From an uncultured Candidatus Rokubacteria bacterium (GTDB lineage Bacteria > Methylomirabilota > Methylomirabilia > Rokubacteriales > DASRDR01), in contig CAWGVS010000007.1 in assembly GCA_963826115.1 (NCBI GenBank), positions 1-64,000 of the forward strand: 64,000 nt of DNA, given 5' to 3'. A program made the translations under genes and the position numbers. Of the stretch, positions 30,217-41,959 are shown in pieces; the stretch's first letter is position 1; every line of letters begins with the position of its first letter. The notes under the pieces were generated by a model. The model was given only the letters and a program-made list of their open reading frames with translations. It was not told where the DNA came from and did not search any database.

Positions 30217-31866
30217 TCATTCCTCCTTGTCGCCCCAGTCGGCCGGCAAGGGATCGAACACCCGGCGGAGGCTCTCGCGGGTGACGCGAAAGATGAGGTG
30301 CCCGTGCGCGACGTGGCCCACGGGCTCGAAGTTCTCCCGCAGCCACCGGAACCGCTCGCCGTACGACAGGCCCACGTACTTGTTGACGGACACGACCACC
30401 GTGCCGGCTGTCACCCCGGCGGGCTCGAAAATCGCGTCGGGATGGCGCCGGAGGTAGCGCGCCAGGTACCACTTGTTCTGGCTCCACCCGAGGTTCGAGT
30501 CGGCGAGGATCCGGTACGCCTTGGTCCGGTCCCAGACCAGCTCGTTGAAGTACGGGATGAAGTGCGGGTAGTAGGAGAGCGTCGAGCCCACAAGGTACAG
30601 CACCAGCCCGCCGATCAGGAGCTTGCGGCCCCGTCCGACGGTCCCCGGCTCGTGCAGGAGGCTCCCCGCGAACACGAACAGGAAGGGCAGGACGACGAGC
30701 GCGAAGCGAAAGCCCTTCTGCGTGTTGAACACGAAGGTGAGGTACCAGACGAAGAAGAGGACCGGGCACGCGAGAAACCATTCGTTCCGGCGAAAGTCGA
30801 ACCGGCGGGCGCGGCGCGCGTAGGCGATCACCGCCAGCAGCGCCAGGAGCTGGGTCGCGATGGGCTCCTTGTAGAGCCACGCGACCGCGTAGTACTCGGG
30901 AAACCGGCGGCCGGGCACTCCCCCCTTCCCCACCTCGCCGAGGAGATAGATGTTCCGGCCGCCCCGGTCCACCGCCAGCACCCAGTCCAGGCCCTCGACG
31001 TACGCCCAGGGCACCGGCACTCGCAGGCCGGGCACGTGCGCGAGGCTCGCCTGGACGGCGCGGAACATGTCGGACCGGAACTCGCAGCTTTCGAGGGGGC
31101 GGAGCGTCCGCTGGCCCCAGTACCCGAGGTTCACGACCAGCAGGAACGCCACGACGTAGAGCGCCGCGTAGCGCCCCGCGGCGGCGAATCGCCCGAGAAT
31201 CGTCCGCCAACGCCCGGCGCGCGCGAGCGCCCAGAGCTCCGGCGCCGCGTGCCCGGCAGCGATCATGAGCAGGATCGGCACGAGGTACGTGGACGTGTAC
31301 TTGGCGAGCTGGGCCGCGGCGAAAGCGAGGGCGGCGACCGCCGCGGCGCGCCACGCCCCGGGGCCCTCGTGGTTGAGGAATCGCCAGAAGGTCCACACCG
31401 CCAGCGCCATCATCCCGGTCGCGTACAGGTCGGTCGTGACGAGCGCGCCGTGCGCCAGGATGTTCGGGTCGAACACGAAGAGGGCGAGCGCCAGCAGCCC
31501 GCCCGCCGGGCCGTAAAGCTGGCGGGTCCAGCGGAAGATCAGCCAGCCCAGCAGGACCGTCGCGACGACGGTGATCCACCGGCCGAACTCGACCGTCCCG
31601 AGATTCCGCTGTAGCGACCTGGACCCGAGGAGCGCGGCCACCTTGCGCGGCAGGGCGTTCAGCGCCGAGAAGGGCATCTTGCTCTCCTCGAAGCGCTTCG
31701 AGTCGAAGTTCAGGATCTGCCAGCCGTAGCCGTAGTGCGAGGCCTCGTCGATGGTCAGTGTCATGTGCCGGAGGCTTCCCGCCTCGAGCAGCACGAACGC
31801 GGTCAGCAGCGCACCCGCCACCAGGGCCGCCCGGTCCGACGTCAGGCGCGCCAGGATCGATCTCAC
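30217..31866 (-). CDS. GT-C fold glycosyltransferase (ArnT/GT39/PMT-like)
   Basis: TIDE motif after TM1, FDPNILAHGALVTTD, LAKYT, many TM helices, ADSNLGW. Confidence 0.85.
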   Translation of the reverse strand: MRSILARLTSDRAALVAGALLTAFVLLEAGSLRHMTLTIDEASHYGYGWQILNFDSKRFEESKMPFSALNALPRKVAALLGSRSLQRNLGTVEFGRWITVVATVLLGWLIFRWTRQLYGPAGGLLALALFVFDPNILAHGALVTTDLYATGMMALAVWTFWRFLNHEGPGAWRAAAVAALAFAAAQLAKYTSTYLVPILLMIAAGHAAPELWALARAGRWRTILGRFAAAGRYAALYVVAFLLVVNLGYWGQRTLRPLESCEFRSDMFRAVQASLAHVPGLRVPVPWAYVEGLDWVLAVDRGGRNIYLLGEVGKGGVPGRRFPEYYAVAWLYKEPIATQLLALLAVIAYARRARRFDFRRNEWFLACPVLFFVWYLTFVFNTQKGFRFALVVLPFLFVFAGSLLHEPGTVGRGRKLLIGGLVLYLVGSTLSYYPHFIPYFNELVWDRTKAYRILADSNLGWSQNKWYLARYLRRHPDAIFEPAGVTAGTVVVSVNKYVGLSYGERFRWLRENFEPVGHVAHGHLIFRVTRESLRRVFDPLPADWGDKEE

Positions 31867-33134
31867 CGCTTGGCTCCGGGGCCCGGTCCCGGCGACGCGA
31901 TGGTCTCGACGTAGCGGAAGGCCCCGCCGCGGACCTGGTAGATCGATACCACCGCGCGCTCGAGGTCGCCGTCCGGACCGAAGGACACGGGGCCCGAGGG
32001 CGCGTCCGGGAGGCGGGCCGCCTGGATGGCGTCGCGGATGCTCGCGCGCGTGACCGGGCGGCCGGCTCGCGTCACCCGCTCCACGGCGTCGGCGACGATC
32101 ATCGCGGCCGTGTAGGCCGTCAACGAATAGGCGGTGGGCTCGGCGCCGAACCGGGTCCGGTAGCGCGCGGCCCAGGCCGTGGCCACGAGACTCATCGCCG
32201 GATCGGGCCCGACGTGGGGAACGTACCAGCCCTCCCCGCCGCCGGGCCGGGCCTGGATCGGAAACGCGCCGTCATATAGCGTCTCGGTCCCGAGGACGCG
32301 GACGGTCGGCAGCACCTCCGGGATCCGCCGGGCCAGCTTGACGCCAGCCGCCAGCCGCACCCCTACGAAGAGTGCGTCCGGCTGAAGCCGCGCCACGTCC
32401 TGCAGGTCGTCCCGGTAGTCCAGCTGAACGTAGTTGACGAGCCGCCGGTCCAGGATCGTGATCCCGAGCTGCGCGGCGCGACGCGAGAACACCTCGATCG
32501 TCCGGTCGCCGAACGACGACCCGTCGCCGATCACCACGACTCGGCGGACCCCGAGGCGCTCCTGGGCAAAGCGGGCCATCGCGTCGCCCTGCGCCACGTC
32601 GGTGCCGATGGAGCGGAAGTAGACGGTGCGCCCCCCCGGGCGGAAGGTCGCCCGGAGCCTCGGGTCGGTGACGTCAAAGGTCGTCGCGCTGGGCGTGATC
32701 GTGGCCAGGTTCGTCCGGCTGAGGAGCGGTGCCACGACGCGGCTCTCGGGGCTGGTCTGCGGGCCAATCACCGCGACCACCAGCGGGTCCGCCAGGAGAC
32801 GCTCGTAGCTCGCAACCGCAGCCCGCTGCAGCGACGACGTATCCGGCGCGTGGTCCGACGTGTCCGCCTGGAGCGTCTCGAGCGGGCGCCCTCCCACGCC
32901 ACCACGCCCGTTGACGTCTTCGACCGCCAGCTGGACACCCTGTAGCATCGCGACGCCCCACGGGGCGTTGGGGCCGGCGGTCGGCAAGGCGACCCCCAGC
33001 CGGAGCGGGGCCGGCGCCGGCGAGGTCGCGCCCACGCCGCCGAGCCAGCCGAGGGCCAGCGCGACGACCGCAATCGCGCCGCTCACCCACCTCGCCGGGC
33101 CGTGTCGGGACGCCCTGCCGCGTACCACCCCCAT
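31863..33134 (-). CDS. Branched-chain amino acid-type solute-binding protein (orphan)
   Basis: Signal/TM segment, GVQLAVEDVNGRGGVGGR, VIGP, YFR, GPVSFGPDGD. Confidence 0.82.
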   Translation of the reverse strand: MGVVRGRASRHGPARWVSGAIAVVALALGWLGGVGATSPAPAPLRLGVALPTAGPNAPWGVAMLQGVQLAVEDVNGRGGVGGRPLETLQADTSDHAPDTSSLQRAAVASYERLLADPLVVAVIGPQTSPESRVVAPLLSRTNLATITPSATTFDVTDPRLRATFRPGGRTVYFRSIGTDVAQGDAMARFAQERLGVRRVVVIGDGSSFGDRTIEVFSRRAAQLGITILDRRLVNYVQLDYRDDLQDVARLQPDALFVGVRLAAGVKLARRIPEVLPTVRVLGTETLYDGAFPIQARPGGGEGWYVPHVGPDPAMSLVATAWAARYRTRFGAEPTAYSLTAYTAAMIVADAVERVTRAGRPVTRASIRDAIQAARLPDAPSGPVSFGPDGDLERAVVSIYQVRGGAFRYVETIASPGPGPGAKR

Positions 33135-33380
33135 CAGTTCCCCTTGTCCCCGTAGTCGGGAGGGACCGGGTCGGGCACTCGCAGGGGGGCCGCCGGGATC
33201 ACGTGCAACGGGAGGTGCGTCAGGGCCACCTGTCCGATCGGCTCGAGGCTCTCTCGGCGCCGCTGGGACTGCTCGTCACCGCCAGCCCGGGGGCCGCGGC
33301 GACGGCGAGCGCCGCGCCATGCAGGGGCCGGCCGCCGATGGCGCCGGCGGCCCGGAAACGCGCTCACCGGACCGCCGATG

Positions 33381-34208
33381 TCAGCGCCCCGCCCGGCGAC
33401 GGAGCGCCTCCCACGCCTCCCAGGGCACGGGCGGCTGGCCCAGCGTCGCGGCCCGCACGCGCGGGCCGTGGAAGTCGGACCCACCGGTCGGCAGGAGCCC
33501 GAGCTCCCGGCTGAGGCTGAGGAACTGCGCGGTCTGCTCCGGCGAGTGCTCGGCGTAGTAGCACTCGACGCCGTCCAGAAGACCCGTCGCCGCGAGCGCG
33601 CGCACCATTCCCGCGGGGTCATCGTGAAAGCCGGGATGCGCCACGACCGCCAGGCCGCCCGCGCGCCGTATGATCTCGCACGCCTCGCGCGGCGCCACCT
33701 TCCGGTGCGCCACGTAGGCCGGCTTCCCCGCCGCGAGGAACCGGTCGAAGGCCTCGCGCACCGTGCCCACGTGTCCGCGCCGGACCATGACCTGCGCGAC
33801 GTGGGGCCGGCCCGCCGAGCCCTCCTGGACGAGCGCGAACACCTCCTCGACATCGATCGGGTGGCCGAGCGCTTCGAGGCGCTCCGCGATGCGGTGGATG
33901 CGGGCCGCGCGCTCCGCCCGAGCCTCCCGCAGAAGCGCGGCGAGCCACGGGGCCTCGTGGTCCACGAAGTATCCGAGGACGTGGATCTCGCCCCCGGGAT
34001 CGTCGGTGTTGATCTCGATGCCGGGCACGATCTCGAGCGGGGGGTGCTCTCGCGCGGCCAGGAGGGCCGGCGCCACCCCTTCGACCGAGTCGTGGTCGGT
34101 CAGGGCCAGGACCCGCACGCCCCGCCGGGCAGCCTCGCGGACCAGCTCGGCGGGCGTGTACGTGCCGTCCGACGCCACCGTGTGCGTGTGGAGGTCGACG
34201 CCGCTCAC
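33381..34208 (-). CDS. PHP-domain phosphoesterase
   Basis: DLHTHTVASDG, LTDHD, HVLGY, AHP, TGGSDFHG. Confidence 0.93.
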   Translation of the reverse strand: MSGVDLHTHTVASDGTYTPAELVREAARRGVRVLALTDHDSVEGVAPALLAAREHPPLEIVPGIEINTDDPGGEIHVLGYFVDHEAPWLAALLREARAERAARIHRIAERLEALGHPIDVEEVFALVQEGSAGRPHVAQVMVRRGHVGTVREAFDRFLAAGKPAYVAHRKVAPREACEIIRRAGGLAVVAHPGFHDDPAGMVRALAATGLLDGVECYYAEHSPEQTAQFLSLSRELGLLPTGGSDFHGPRVRAATLGQPPVPWEAWEALRRRAGR

Positions 34209-34229
34209 GGGGCCACCCGCACCTCCGCC

Positions 34230-35738
34230 TCACCCCCGCCCTGCGGCGGCCAGCACGTACTCGATGAGGGTGCGCGCGCCGAAGCCGACGCCGCCCTTCG
34301 GCGCGTAGGGAAGGTCCTTGTCCGTGAAGGCGACACCCGCGATGTCGAGGTGCACCCACGGCGTGTCGCCCGCGAACTCGCGGATGAAGAGCCCGGCCGT
34401 GATGGCCCCGCCCGGCCGGGGCCCGGTGTTGCGGAGGTCGGCCACTTCGCTCCGGAGGCCCTCCCGGTACTCGTCGATCATGGGCAGCGGCCAGAGCCGC
34501 TCCCCGGCGCGGGCGCCCGCCGCCAGCACTCGCGACTGGAGGCCCGCGTCGTTCGACATCGCGCCGGCGCAGAGGCTCCCGAGCGCGATGGAGCACGCCC
34601 CCGTCAGCGTGGCGATGTCCACGATCTCGTGCGGCCTGATCTCCTTCCGCGCGTAGGCGATCGCATCGGCCAGGGTGAGGCGCCCCTCCGCGTCCGTGTT
34701 GTTGACCTCGATCGTCTTGCCGTTCATGGCCCGCAGCACGTCGCCCGGCTTGGTGGCCGAGCCCGAGGGCATGTTGTCGGTCGCGGCGATGAGCCCGTGC
34801 ACCTCGACGGCCGGTCGTAGTCGCGGCAGGACCTTGAAGACGCCGAGGACCGCGGCGGCGCCCGACATGTCCCCCTTCATCCACGCCATGCCCTCGGCCG
34901 TCTTGAGGTCGAGGCCCCCCGAGTCGAACGTGATGCCCTTGCCGATCAGCACGACCCGGCGGCGCGCCGGGCGGCGGGGCGCGTACGTGAGATGGATGAA
35001 CCGCGGCGGCTCGACGCTCCCGCTGTTGACGCCCAGGAACGCGCCCATGCCCAGCTTCTCGCACGCGGCGCGGTCGAGCACGCGGACGCGGAGGCCGGCC
35101 TCCTTCGCGATGGTCTGCGCCATCTCGCCGAGCGCCGACGCCGTCACGCTGTTGGCCGGCTCGTTGATCAGGTCGCGGGCGAAGCACGTCGCCTCGGCGG
35201 CCAGCTCGGCCCGGCCGAGTCCCTCCCGAGCGGGCGCCCGGTCCCCCGCCGCCGCGACCAGGACGGTCAGGGCCGAGATCGCCCGGTCGCCGTTCCGCTT
35301 CTCCTTGTACCGGTCGAAGCGGTAGAGGCCGAGCAGCGCGCCCTCGCCGGTCGCGTGGGCGCGCGCCACGATCCCGAGCGCGGGCGCCCGCGTCCCGAGC
35401 ACCGGGATGGCGAGCGTGGCCGCGCCGAGGTCCCGCGCGCGGCGGGCGGCGGTCGCCGCGGCGCGCCGCAGCACCTCGGTCGTGCACTCTCCGCGCGGGC
35501 CCAGACCCACGACGATGACCCGCTTGGCCGCGAGGCGCCCCCCGGTGTGCAGGTCCGCCACCTCCGCGACCCGGCCCTCGAACCGCTGGTCGCGCAGCGC
35601 CAGGGCGAGGAGGCCGCCCAGGGCCTGATCCACGCGTCGGATCTCCGGCCCGAGCCGGTCCTCGCCGGCGTAGTATTCGAGGACGAGGGCGTCCGCGGCA
35701 GCGTCGACCGGCAGCTTCGTGGTCACGTCGAGCTTCAT
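34230..35738 (-). CDS. pepA: Leucyl aminopeptidase (M17)
   Basis: GKGITFDSGG, MKGDMSG, NTDAEGRL, ATLTGA, HLDIAG. Confidence 0.96.
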   Translation of the reverse strand: MKLDVTTKLPVDAAADALVLEYYAGEDRLGPEIRRVDQALGGLLALALRDQRFEGRVAEVADLHTGGRLAAKRVIVVGLGPRGECTTEVLRRAAATAARRARDLGAATLAIPVLGTRAPALGIVARAHATGEGALLGLYRFDRYKEKRNGDRAISALTVLVAAAGDRAPAREGLGRAELAAEATCFARDLINEPANSVTASALGEMAQTIAKEAGLRVRVLDRAACEKLGMGAFLGVNSGSVEPPRFIHLTYAPRRPARRRVVLIGKGITFDSGGLDLKTAEGMAWMKGDMSGAAAVLGVFKVLPRLRPAVEVHGLIAATDNMPSGSATKPGDVLRAMNGKTIEVNNTDAEGRLTLADAIAYARKEIRPHEIVDIATLTGACSIALGSLCAGAMSNDAGLQSRVLAAGARAGERLWPLPMIDEYREGLRSEVADLRNTGPRPGGAITAGLFIREFAGDTPWVHLDIAGVAFTDKDLPYAPKGGVGFGARTLIEYVLAAAGRG

Positions 35739-36184
35739 TCCCGCTCCTCTCGCCGGCGCCCGGCCTCGAGCGCCAAAGCGCGGCGCACCATGGATTCGAC
35801 CCCGTCCGTCACGTCGAGCCCGGCGAGCGCGTCGGGCTCGCACCACCGGACGGCCTGCGCATCCGAGCCCGCACGGGCGCTCCCGGCCGCGGGCGTCGCC
35901 AGGTAGTCGAGCAGCACGTAGTGATACTGGACGCGTCCGTTGCCGTCCCGCACGATGCGATCCACCACCCCCACGAGCTCGTGAACGTCCACCGCCAGCC
36001 CGCACTCCTCGGCCACTTCACGCCGGACCGCGGCCTCGAGGCCCTCGCCCACGTCGACCAGCCCGCCCGGGAGGCTCCACCGCCCCAGCCCGGGCGGCCG
36101 GCCGCGCTGGACGAGGAGCACCCGGCCCCCGTCGACGACGACGGCGCCCACGCCCACCAGCGGCGCGGCCGGGTACTCGCGCAC
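35735..36184 (-). CDS. NUDIX hydrolase
   Basis: Nudix box GGLVDVGEGLEAAVRREVAEECGL. Confidence 0.93.
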   Translation of the reverse strand: MREYPAAPLVGVGAVVVDGGRVLLVQRGRPPGLGRWSLPGGLVDVGEGLEAAVRREVAEECGLAVDVHELVGVVDRIVRDGNGRVQYHYVLLDYLATPAAGSARAGSDAQAVRWCEPDALAGLDVTDGVESMVRRALALEAGRRREERE

Positions 36185-36203
36185 GCGCGCGCCGGCCGGT
36201 TGC

Positions 36204-37046
36204 TCAGCCGACCGCGCCGACGGCGGCGGCGCCGTCGGGCAGCTCGCCTCGCGCGGTCCAGGCCTCGGTGCCGTACTTTCCGGCGATGAGCTCGTCCACG
36301 AGCGCGGTCTCGTCCGGCGACAGGCCGCCGGGCACGAGGGACGCCCCGAGGGCCTCCGCGAAGCCTGCCGTCAGCCCGTCGACCACCGCGGCGAAGCTCG
36401 GGGTCCGTCCGAGCGCCTCGGCGAGCGTGGTCAGCGCGGTCATGGGCGCCGCCTCACGCGGGAAGACGGCGCGGAGCCGGCCGGGGTCCGCGTCGAGGAG
36501 CACCGAGCCGTGCTGGAGGAACGCGCCCCGCTGGCGCCGCTGGGCGCTGCCGGCTAGCTTCCGGCCGCCGGCCGTGATCTCGTACGCGCCCGTCCGGCGG
36601 AAGCAGAAGGCGGGCGTCCCGCTGCCCGCGCGGCCGCGGACGAGCGGGGCCAGCTCGGCCAGGACGCCCAGCCGCCCGAGGCCGGCGGCGAGGCCCTGAC
36701 CGAGGACCCGGTACGTCTCGAGGACGTCGTCCGCGCCGGGAAAGTCGCCGCCCCGCCCCACCACGCTGTAGGTGACCTCGCGCTCCGGCGGCTCGTGGAG
36801 GATCGCGCTGCCGCCGGTGGGCCGCCGCACGAGGCCGATCCCCAGCGCCGCGCACCGCTCCCGGTCCACCGTCTCGTCGAGCGGCTGCGCGTAGCCGAGG
36901 GAGACCGTGGCGGGCTGCCAGGCGTAGAACCGCACGGTGGGTGGCCCGGACGACCGGACGCGGGCGCGCAGGAGCGCCTCGTCCATGGCCATGTTCGTCG
37001 CGCCGTCCAGGGGCTCCGTGACCAGGAGGCGCCAGGTCGGGCCCAT
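36204..37046 (-). CDS. Lipoate-protein ligase/octanoyltransferase (LipM/LplA-like)
   Basis: NMAMDEALL, RRPTGG, RKLAGSAQ, LQHGS; follows the gcv operon. Confidence 0.9.
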   Translation of the reverse strand: MGPTWRLLVTEPLDGATNMAMDEALLRARVRSSGPPTVRFYAWQPATVSLGYAQPLDETVDRERCAALGIGLVRRPTGGSAILHEPPEREVTYSVVGRGGDFPGADDVLETYRVLGQGLAAGLGRLGVLAELAPLVRGRAGSGTPAFCFRRTGAYEITAGGRKLAGSAQRRQRGAFLQHGSVLLDADPGRLRAVFPREAAPMTALTTLAEALGRTPSFAAVVDGLTAGFAEALGASLVPGGLSPDETALVDELIAGKYGTEAWTARGELPDGAAAVGAVG

Positions 37047-37109
37047 GACCGTCGCGTCAGGCGGCGGCAGGCCGCCCGCGAGCGCCGTCCAGTGGCCGAC
37101 CCGTTGGGC

Positions 37110-38579
37110 TCAGGAAGCGGACTTCGGCGGCGTCCAGCGGAGGTTCGGCTGGCGGGCGGCCTGGGTCTGGTCCAGCCGCTTGACCGGCATCGTCACCGGC
37201 GCCTCGTGGAGCGTGTGGGGGGTCGACGTGGCCTCGCCGGCGATCTGGATCATCGCGTCGCAGAACTGATCGAGCGTCTCCTTCGACTCGGTCTCGGTCG
37301 GCTCGATCATCATCGCCTCCTCGACGATCAGCGGGAAGTAGATCGACGGGGCGTAGAAGCCGAGGTCGAGGAGCCGCTTCGCGATGTCCGTCGCGGCCAC
37401 GCCATGCGCCTTCTGGCGCCGGGCGGAGAAGACGACCTCGTGCATCGAGGCGCCCTCGTACGGCAGGTCGTAGTGCGGCAGGAGGCGCGCGCGGATGTAG
37501 TTCGCGTTGAGGATCGCGTTCTCCGCGACGGCGCGCAGCCCGTCCGGCCCCATCGTGCGGATGTACGTGTAGGCCCGGACGTGCATCCCGAAGTTGCCCC
37601 AGAACGATTGCACCTTGCCGATGGACTTCGGGCGCTTCCAGTCCATCCGCCACTGCTCGGCGTCTCGGGTCACGACGGGCACCGGCATGAACGGCGCCAG
37701 GTGCGACTTGAACGCCACCGGGCCCGCGCCGGGTCCGCCGCCGCCGTGCGGCGTGGTGAACGTCTTGTGCAGGTTCATGTGGACCACGTCGAACCCGAGA
37801 TCGCCCGGCCGCGTGATGCCGAGGAGCGCGTTGAGGTTCGCGCCGTCCATGTACACCTGCGCGCCCTTCGCGTGACACAGGCCCGTGGCCTCGAGGATCC
37901 GGGACTCGAAGAGCCCGAGCGTGTTGGGCACGGTGATCATCAGCGCGGCGACGTCCTCGTCGAGGTGGCGCTCGAGGTCCAGGAGGTCCACCTCGCCGTT
38001 CTCGTCCGACTTGATCTGCACCGTCTGGTAGCCCGCGATCGCGGTCGAGGCGGGGTTGGTGCCGTGGGCCGAGTCGGGGACGAGGATCTTCTTCCGCGGG
38101 CTCCCCTCGCGGTCCAGGTGGTACGCGCGGATCATCAGGACGCCCGTCATCTCGCCCTGCGCGCCGGCGGCGGGCTGGAGCGAGGCGGCGTCCATCCCGA
38201 CGATCTCCGCCAGCATCTCGCCGAGCTCGCCCATGAGCTGGAGCGCGCCCTGCGACGCGTCCTCCGGCGTCAGCGGGTGGAGCCGCGCGAAGCCCGGGAG
38301 CCGGGCCATGTCCTCGTTGATCTTGGGGTTGTACTTCATCGTGCAGGAGCCGAGCGGGTAGAAGTGCGTGTCGATCCCGAAGTTCATGCGGCTGAGACGC
38401 GTGTAGTGGCGGACGGCGTCGAACTCGCTGACCTCGGGGAGGGCCGCCGGCGTGCGGCGGAGGTGGGCGGCCGGCAGGAGGCGCGCGGGATCGGCCTCGG
38501 GGACGTCCGCCTCCGGCAGCGAGTAGCCCACTCGCCCCGGTACCGACAGCTCGAAGACCAGCCCGTCGTACTCGTTCAT
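37110..38579 (-). CDS. gcvPB: Glycine dehydrogenase subunit 2
   Basis: [48 protein letters not shown]. Confidence 0.97.
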   Translation of the reverse strand: MNEYDGLVFELSVPGRVGYSLPEADVPEADPARLLPAAHLRRTPAALPEVSEFDAVRHYTRLSRMNFGIDTHFYPLGSCTMKYNPKINEDMARLPGFARLHPLTPEDASQGALQLMGELGEMLAEIVGMDAASLQPAAGAQGEMTGVLMIRAYHLDREGSPRKKILVPDSAHGTNPASTAIAGYQTVQIKSDENGEVDLLDLERHLDEDVAALMITVPNTLGLFESRILEATGLCHAKGAQVYMDGANLNALLGITRPGDLGFDVVHMNLHKTFTTPHGGGGPGAGPVAFKSHLAPFMPVPVVTRDAEQWRMDWKRPKSIGKVQSFWGNFGMHVRAYTYIRTMGPDGLRAVAENAILNANYIRARLLPHYDLPYEGASMHEVVFSARRQKAHGVAATDIAKRLLDLGFYAPSIYFPLIVEEAMMIEPTETESKETLDQFCDAMIQIAGEATSTPHTLHEAPVTMPVKRLDQTQAARQPNLRWTPPKSAS

Positions 38580-38589
38580 CGTCGGTCCC

Positions 38590-39933
38590 TCACGCCACCG
38601 CCGAGGCGAGGGCCTCGGCGTAGGCGTCGATCTCGGCCCGGGTCCGGCGCTCCGTCACCGCGACGAGGATGGCGTCCTTGAGCTTCCGGTCGAACGGCCC
38701 GAGGGCGAGGCCCCCCAGGATCCGGCGGCGCCGGAGCGCGCGCAGCACCGACCCGGGATTCTTCGGCAGGCGTAGCGCGAACTCCTTGAAGAACGGCGCC
38801 GCGAACCGCGGGGTCACGCCCGCCACCTTGCCGAGCGCCTCGGCCGCGTAGTGCGCCTTGGCCGTCGAGAGCGTGGCGGCCTTTCGGAGCCCCTCCTTGC
38901 CGAGGAGCGCGGTGTGGATCGTGGCGGCGAGGGCGACCAGGGCCACGTTCGTGCAGATGTTGGAGGTGGCCTTCTCGCGGCGGATGTGCTGCTCCCGCGT
39001 CTGGAGCGTCAGGACGAACCCGCGCTTGCCGTCCTTGTCCACGGTCGCACCGACCAAGCGGCCGGGCATCCGCCGGACCAGCTCCCGCCGGCACGAGAAG
39101 AGGCCCAGGTAGGGCCCGCCGAAGTTCATGTGGTTGCCCAGCCCCTGCCCCTCGCCGACGACGATGTCCGCCCCGGCCTCGCCCGGCGGCCGGAGCACGG
39201 CGAGCGCGACCGGGTCCACGCTCACGACCAGGAGGGCGCCCTTGTCGTGAGCGATCGCGGCGGCCTGGTCGAGGTCCTCCAGGCACCCGAAGAAGTTCGG
39301 GTACTGGACCATCACGCAGGCCGTCTTGCCCGTGACCGTCTTGCGGAGGGCGTCCAGGTCGGTGACGCCGTCGGCCCACGGGACCGTCTTCACCGGCAAG
39401 CGCGGGCCTTCGCAGTACGTCTCGACGACCTGCCGGGCCAGCGGCGACAGCGCGCTCGAGACCACGATCTGGCCCCGCTCCGTCGTGCCGTGCGCCATGA
39501 GCGCGGCCTCCGCCAGCGCCGATCCGCCGTCGTAGAGAGACGCGTTGGTCACGTCCATGCCCGTGAGCTCGCAGATCATCGTCTGGTACTCGTAGATCGA
39601 GCGCAGCGTCCCCTGGCTCGCCTCGGGCTGGTAGGGCGTGTAGGCGGTGAGGAACTCGCCCCGCAGGAGCATGTGGTTGACCATGCTCGGGATGTAGTGG
39701 TCGTACGCGCCGCCCCCGAGGAAGCTCACGTAGCGGTCGGCGTCGGCGTTCTGCTCCGCGAGGCCGCGCATGTGGGCGACGAGCTCGCCCTCGGCGAGCG
39801 CGGGCGGAATCGCCAGGTCGCGGCCGAGCCGCGCCTTCGAGGGGATCCGCTCGATCAGGGCCTCGATGTCACCGACCCCGATCGTGCGCAGCATGTCGCG
39901 CCGCTGCGCCCCGGTGGTCGAGAGGTAGCGCAT
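38590..39933 (-). CDS. gcvPA: Glycine dehydrogenase subunit 1
   Basis: [38 protein letters not shown]. Confidence 0.97.
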   Translation of the reverse strand: MRYLSTTGAQRRDMLRTIGVGDIEALIERIPSKARLGRDLAIPPALAEGELVAHMRGLAEQNADADRYVSFLGGGAYDHYIPSMVNHMLLRGEFLTAYTPYQPEASQGTLRSIYEYQTMICELTGMDVTNASLYDGGSALAEAALMAHGTTERGQIVVSSALSPLARQVVETYCEGPRLPVKTVPWADGVTDLDALRKTVTGKTACVMVQYPNFFGCLEDLDQAAAIAHDKGALLVVSVDPVALAVLRPPGEAGADIVVGEGQGLGNHMNFGGPYLGLFSCRRELVRRMPGRLVGATVDKDGKRGFVLTLQTREQHIRREKATSNICTNVALVALAATIHTALLGKEGLRKAATLSTAKAHYAAEALGKVAGVTPRFAAPFFKEFALRLPKNPGSVLRALRRRRILGGLALGPFDRKLKDAILVAVTERRTRAEIDAYAEALASAVA

Positions 39934-39953
39934 CGTCTCGCCGTGCCGCACGC

Positions 39954-40349
39954 TCAGTGTCCCTCCGCCGTCTTGAGGAATTCCTCGTACTGCGGCGCGG
40001 TCATCAGCTTGTCCGCCTCGGCGGGATTCGAGAGCTCGACCACCACGAGCCAGCCGCCGCCGTAGGGGTCGCGGTTGACGCGCTCGGGCTGCTGCGTGAG
40101 CTCCTGGTTCACCTCGACGACCACGCCGGACAGCGGGGCGAACAGATCGGACACCGCTTTCACCGACTCGACCACGCCGAACGTCTGCATCTGGGTGATC
40201 TTGGCGCCGACCTTGGGCAGCTCGACGAACACCACGTCCCCCAGCTGGTCCTGCGCGTAGTGGGTGATCCCCACCCGCGCGCGCTTGCCTTCGACCCTGG
40301 CCCACTCGTGCTCGCGCGTGTAGCGCAGCTCGGCCGGATACGTCGCCAT
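39954..40349 (-). CDS. gcvH: Glycine cleavage system H protein
   Basis: HEW, VESVKAVSD lipoyl-lysine motif, DPYGGGW. Confidence 0.97.
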   Translation of the reverse strand: MATYPAELRYTREHEWARVEGKRARVGITHYAQDQLGDVVFVELPKVGAKITQMQTFGVVESVKAVSDLFAPLSGVVVEVNQELTQQPERVNRDPYGGGWLVVVELSNPAEADKLMTAPQYEEFLKTAEGH

Positions 40350-40358
40350 GGGTATCTC

Positions 40359-41471
<1,113 letters not shown>

Positions 41472-41516
41472 CGGGCGTGGTCCTCTCGGTCTCGAACCGT
41501 GGGCAAAGCGGTGGTT

Positions 41517-41545
41517 ATTATCGCCTTGCCCCTCCCGATTTTCAA
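41517..41545 (-). promoter_or_regulatory. sigma70 promoter of the gcv operon
   Basis: TTGAAA-17 bp-GATAAT. Confidence 0.6.
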
Positions 41546-41554
41546 CCGCGGCCG

Positions 41555-41959
41555 TCACGGGCCGACGTCGACGTCGATGCTCGCCGGATCGCTCTCCTCG
41601 CGCTCGTCGGTCACCAGCGTGAACGTCACCCGCCGCCGTCCGGGCGTGGCGAACCCGAGGGGCAGCGAGAGCTCGCCCTCCTCGCGGCCGAACGCCGCGG
41701 CGATCACGCTGATCTCCCGCTGGGTGGTGGCCCGGCTCGGCCCGTCCAGGTCCTCGACCTCGAGGATCACCGCGACGACGTTGCCCTGCTGGGCGCGGTA
41801 GGACAGGCGCGCGGTGACCGCGCGGCCGGCGACCGGGCGGCCGGCGACCGCCACGTTCACGATCTCGGGCCGCTCCCCCTCGGTCACCCCGGCCGCGCTC
41901 GCCGGCCAGAGCGCGACGAGACACGCCAACACCACGCCGGCCCCGAGAGGCCGGATCAC
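41555..41959 (-). CDS. Small secreted beta-rich hypothetical protein
   Basis: GTGA overlap with the upstream gene; signal peptide ending ASA; alternating beta-strand pattern. Confidence 0.65.
   Translation of the reverse strand: MIRPLGAGVVLACLVALWPASAAGVTEGERPEIVNVAVAGRPVAGRAVTARLSYRAQQGNVVAVILEVEDLDGPSRATTQREISVIAAAFGREEGELSLPLGFATPGRRRVTFTLVTDEREESDPASIDVDVGP

Noticed and set aside
33135-33380. Possible small ORF or ncRNA between the PHP gene and the orphan binding protein
   Set aside because: No convincing RBS, codon bias or structure beyond GC-rich background
41472-41554. Glycine riboswitch upstream of gcvT
   Set aside because: Only ~40 nt of leader after the promoter and no aptamer motifs
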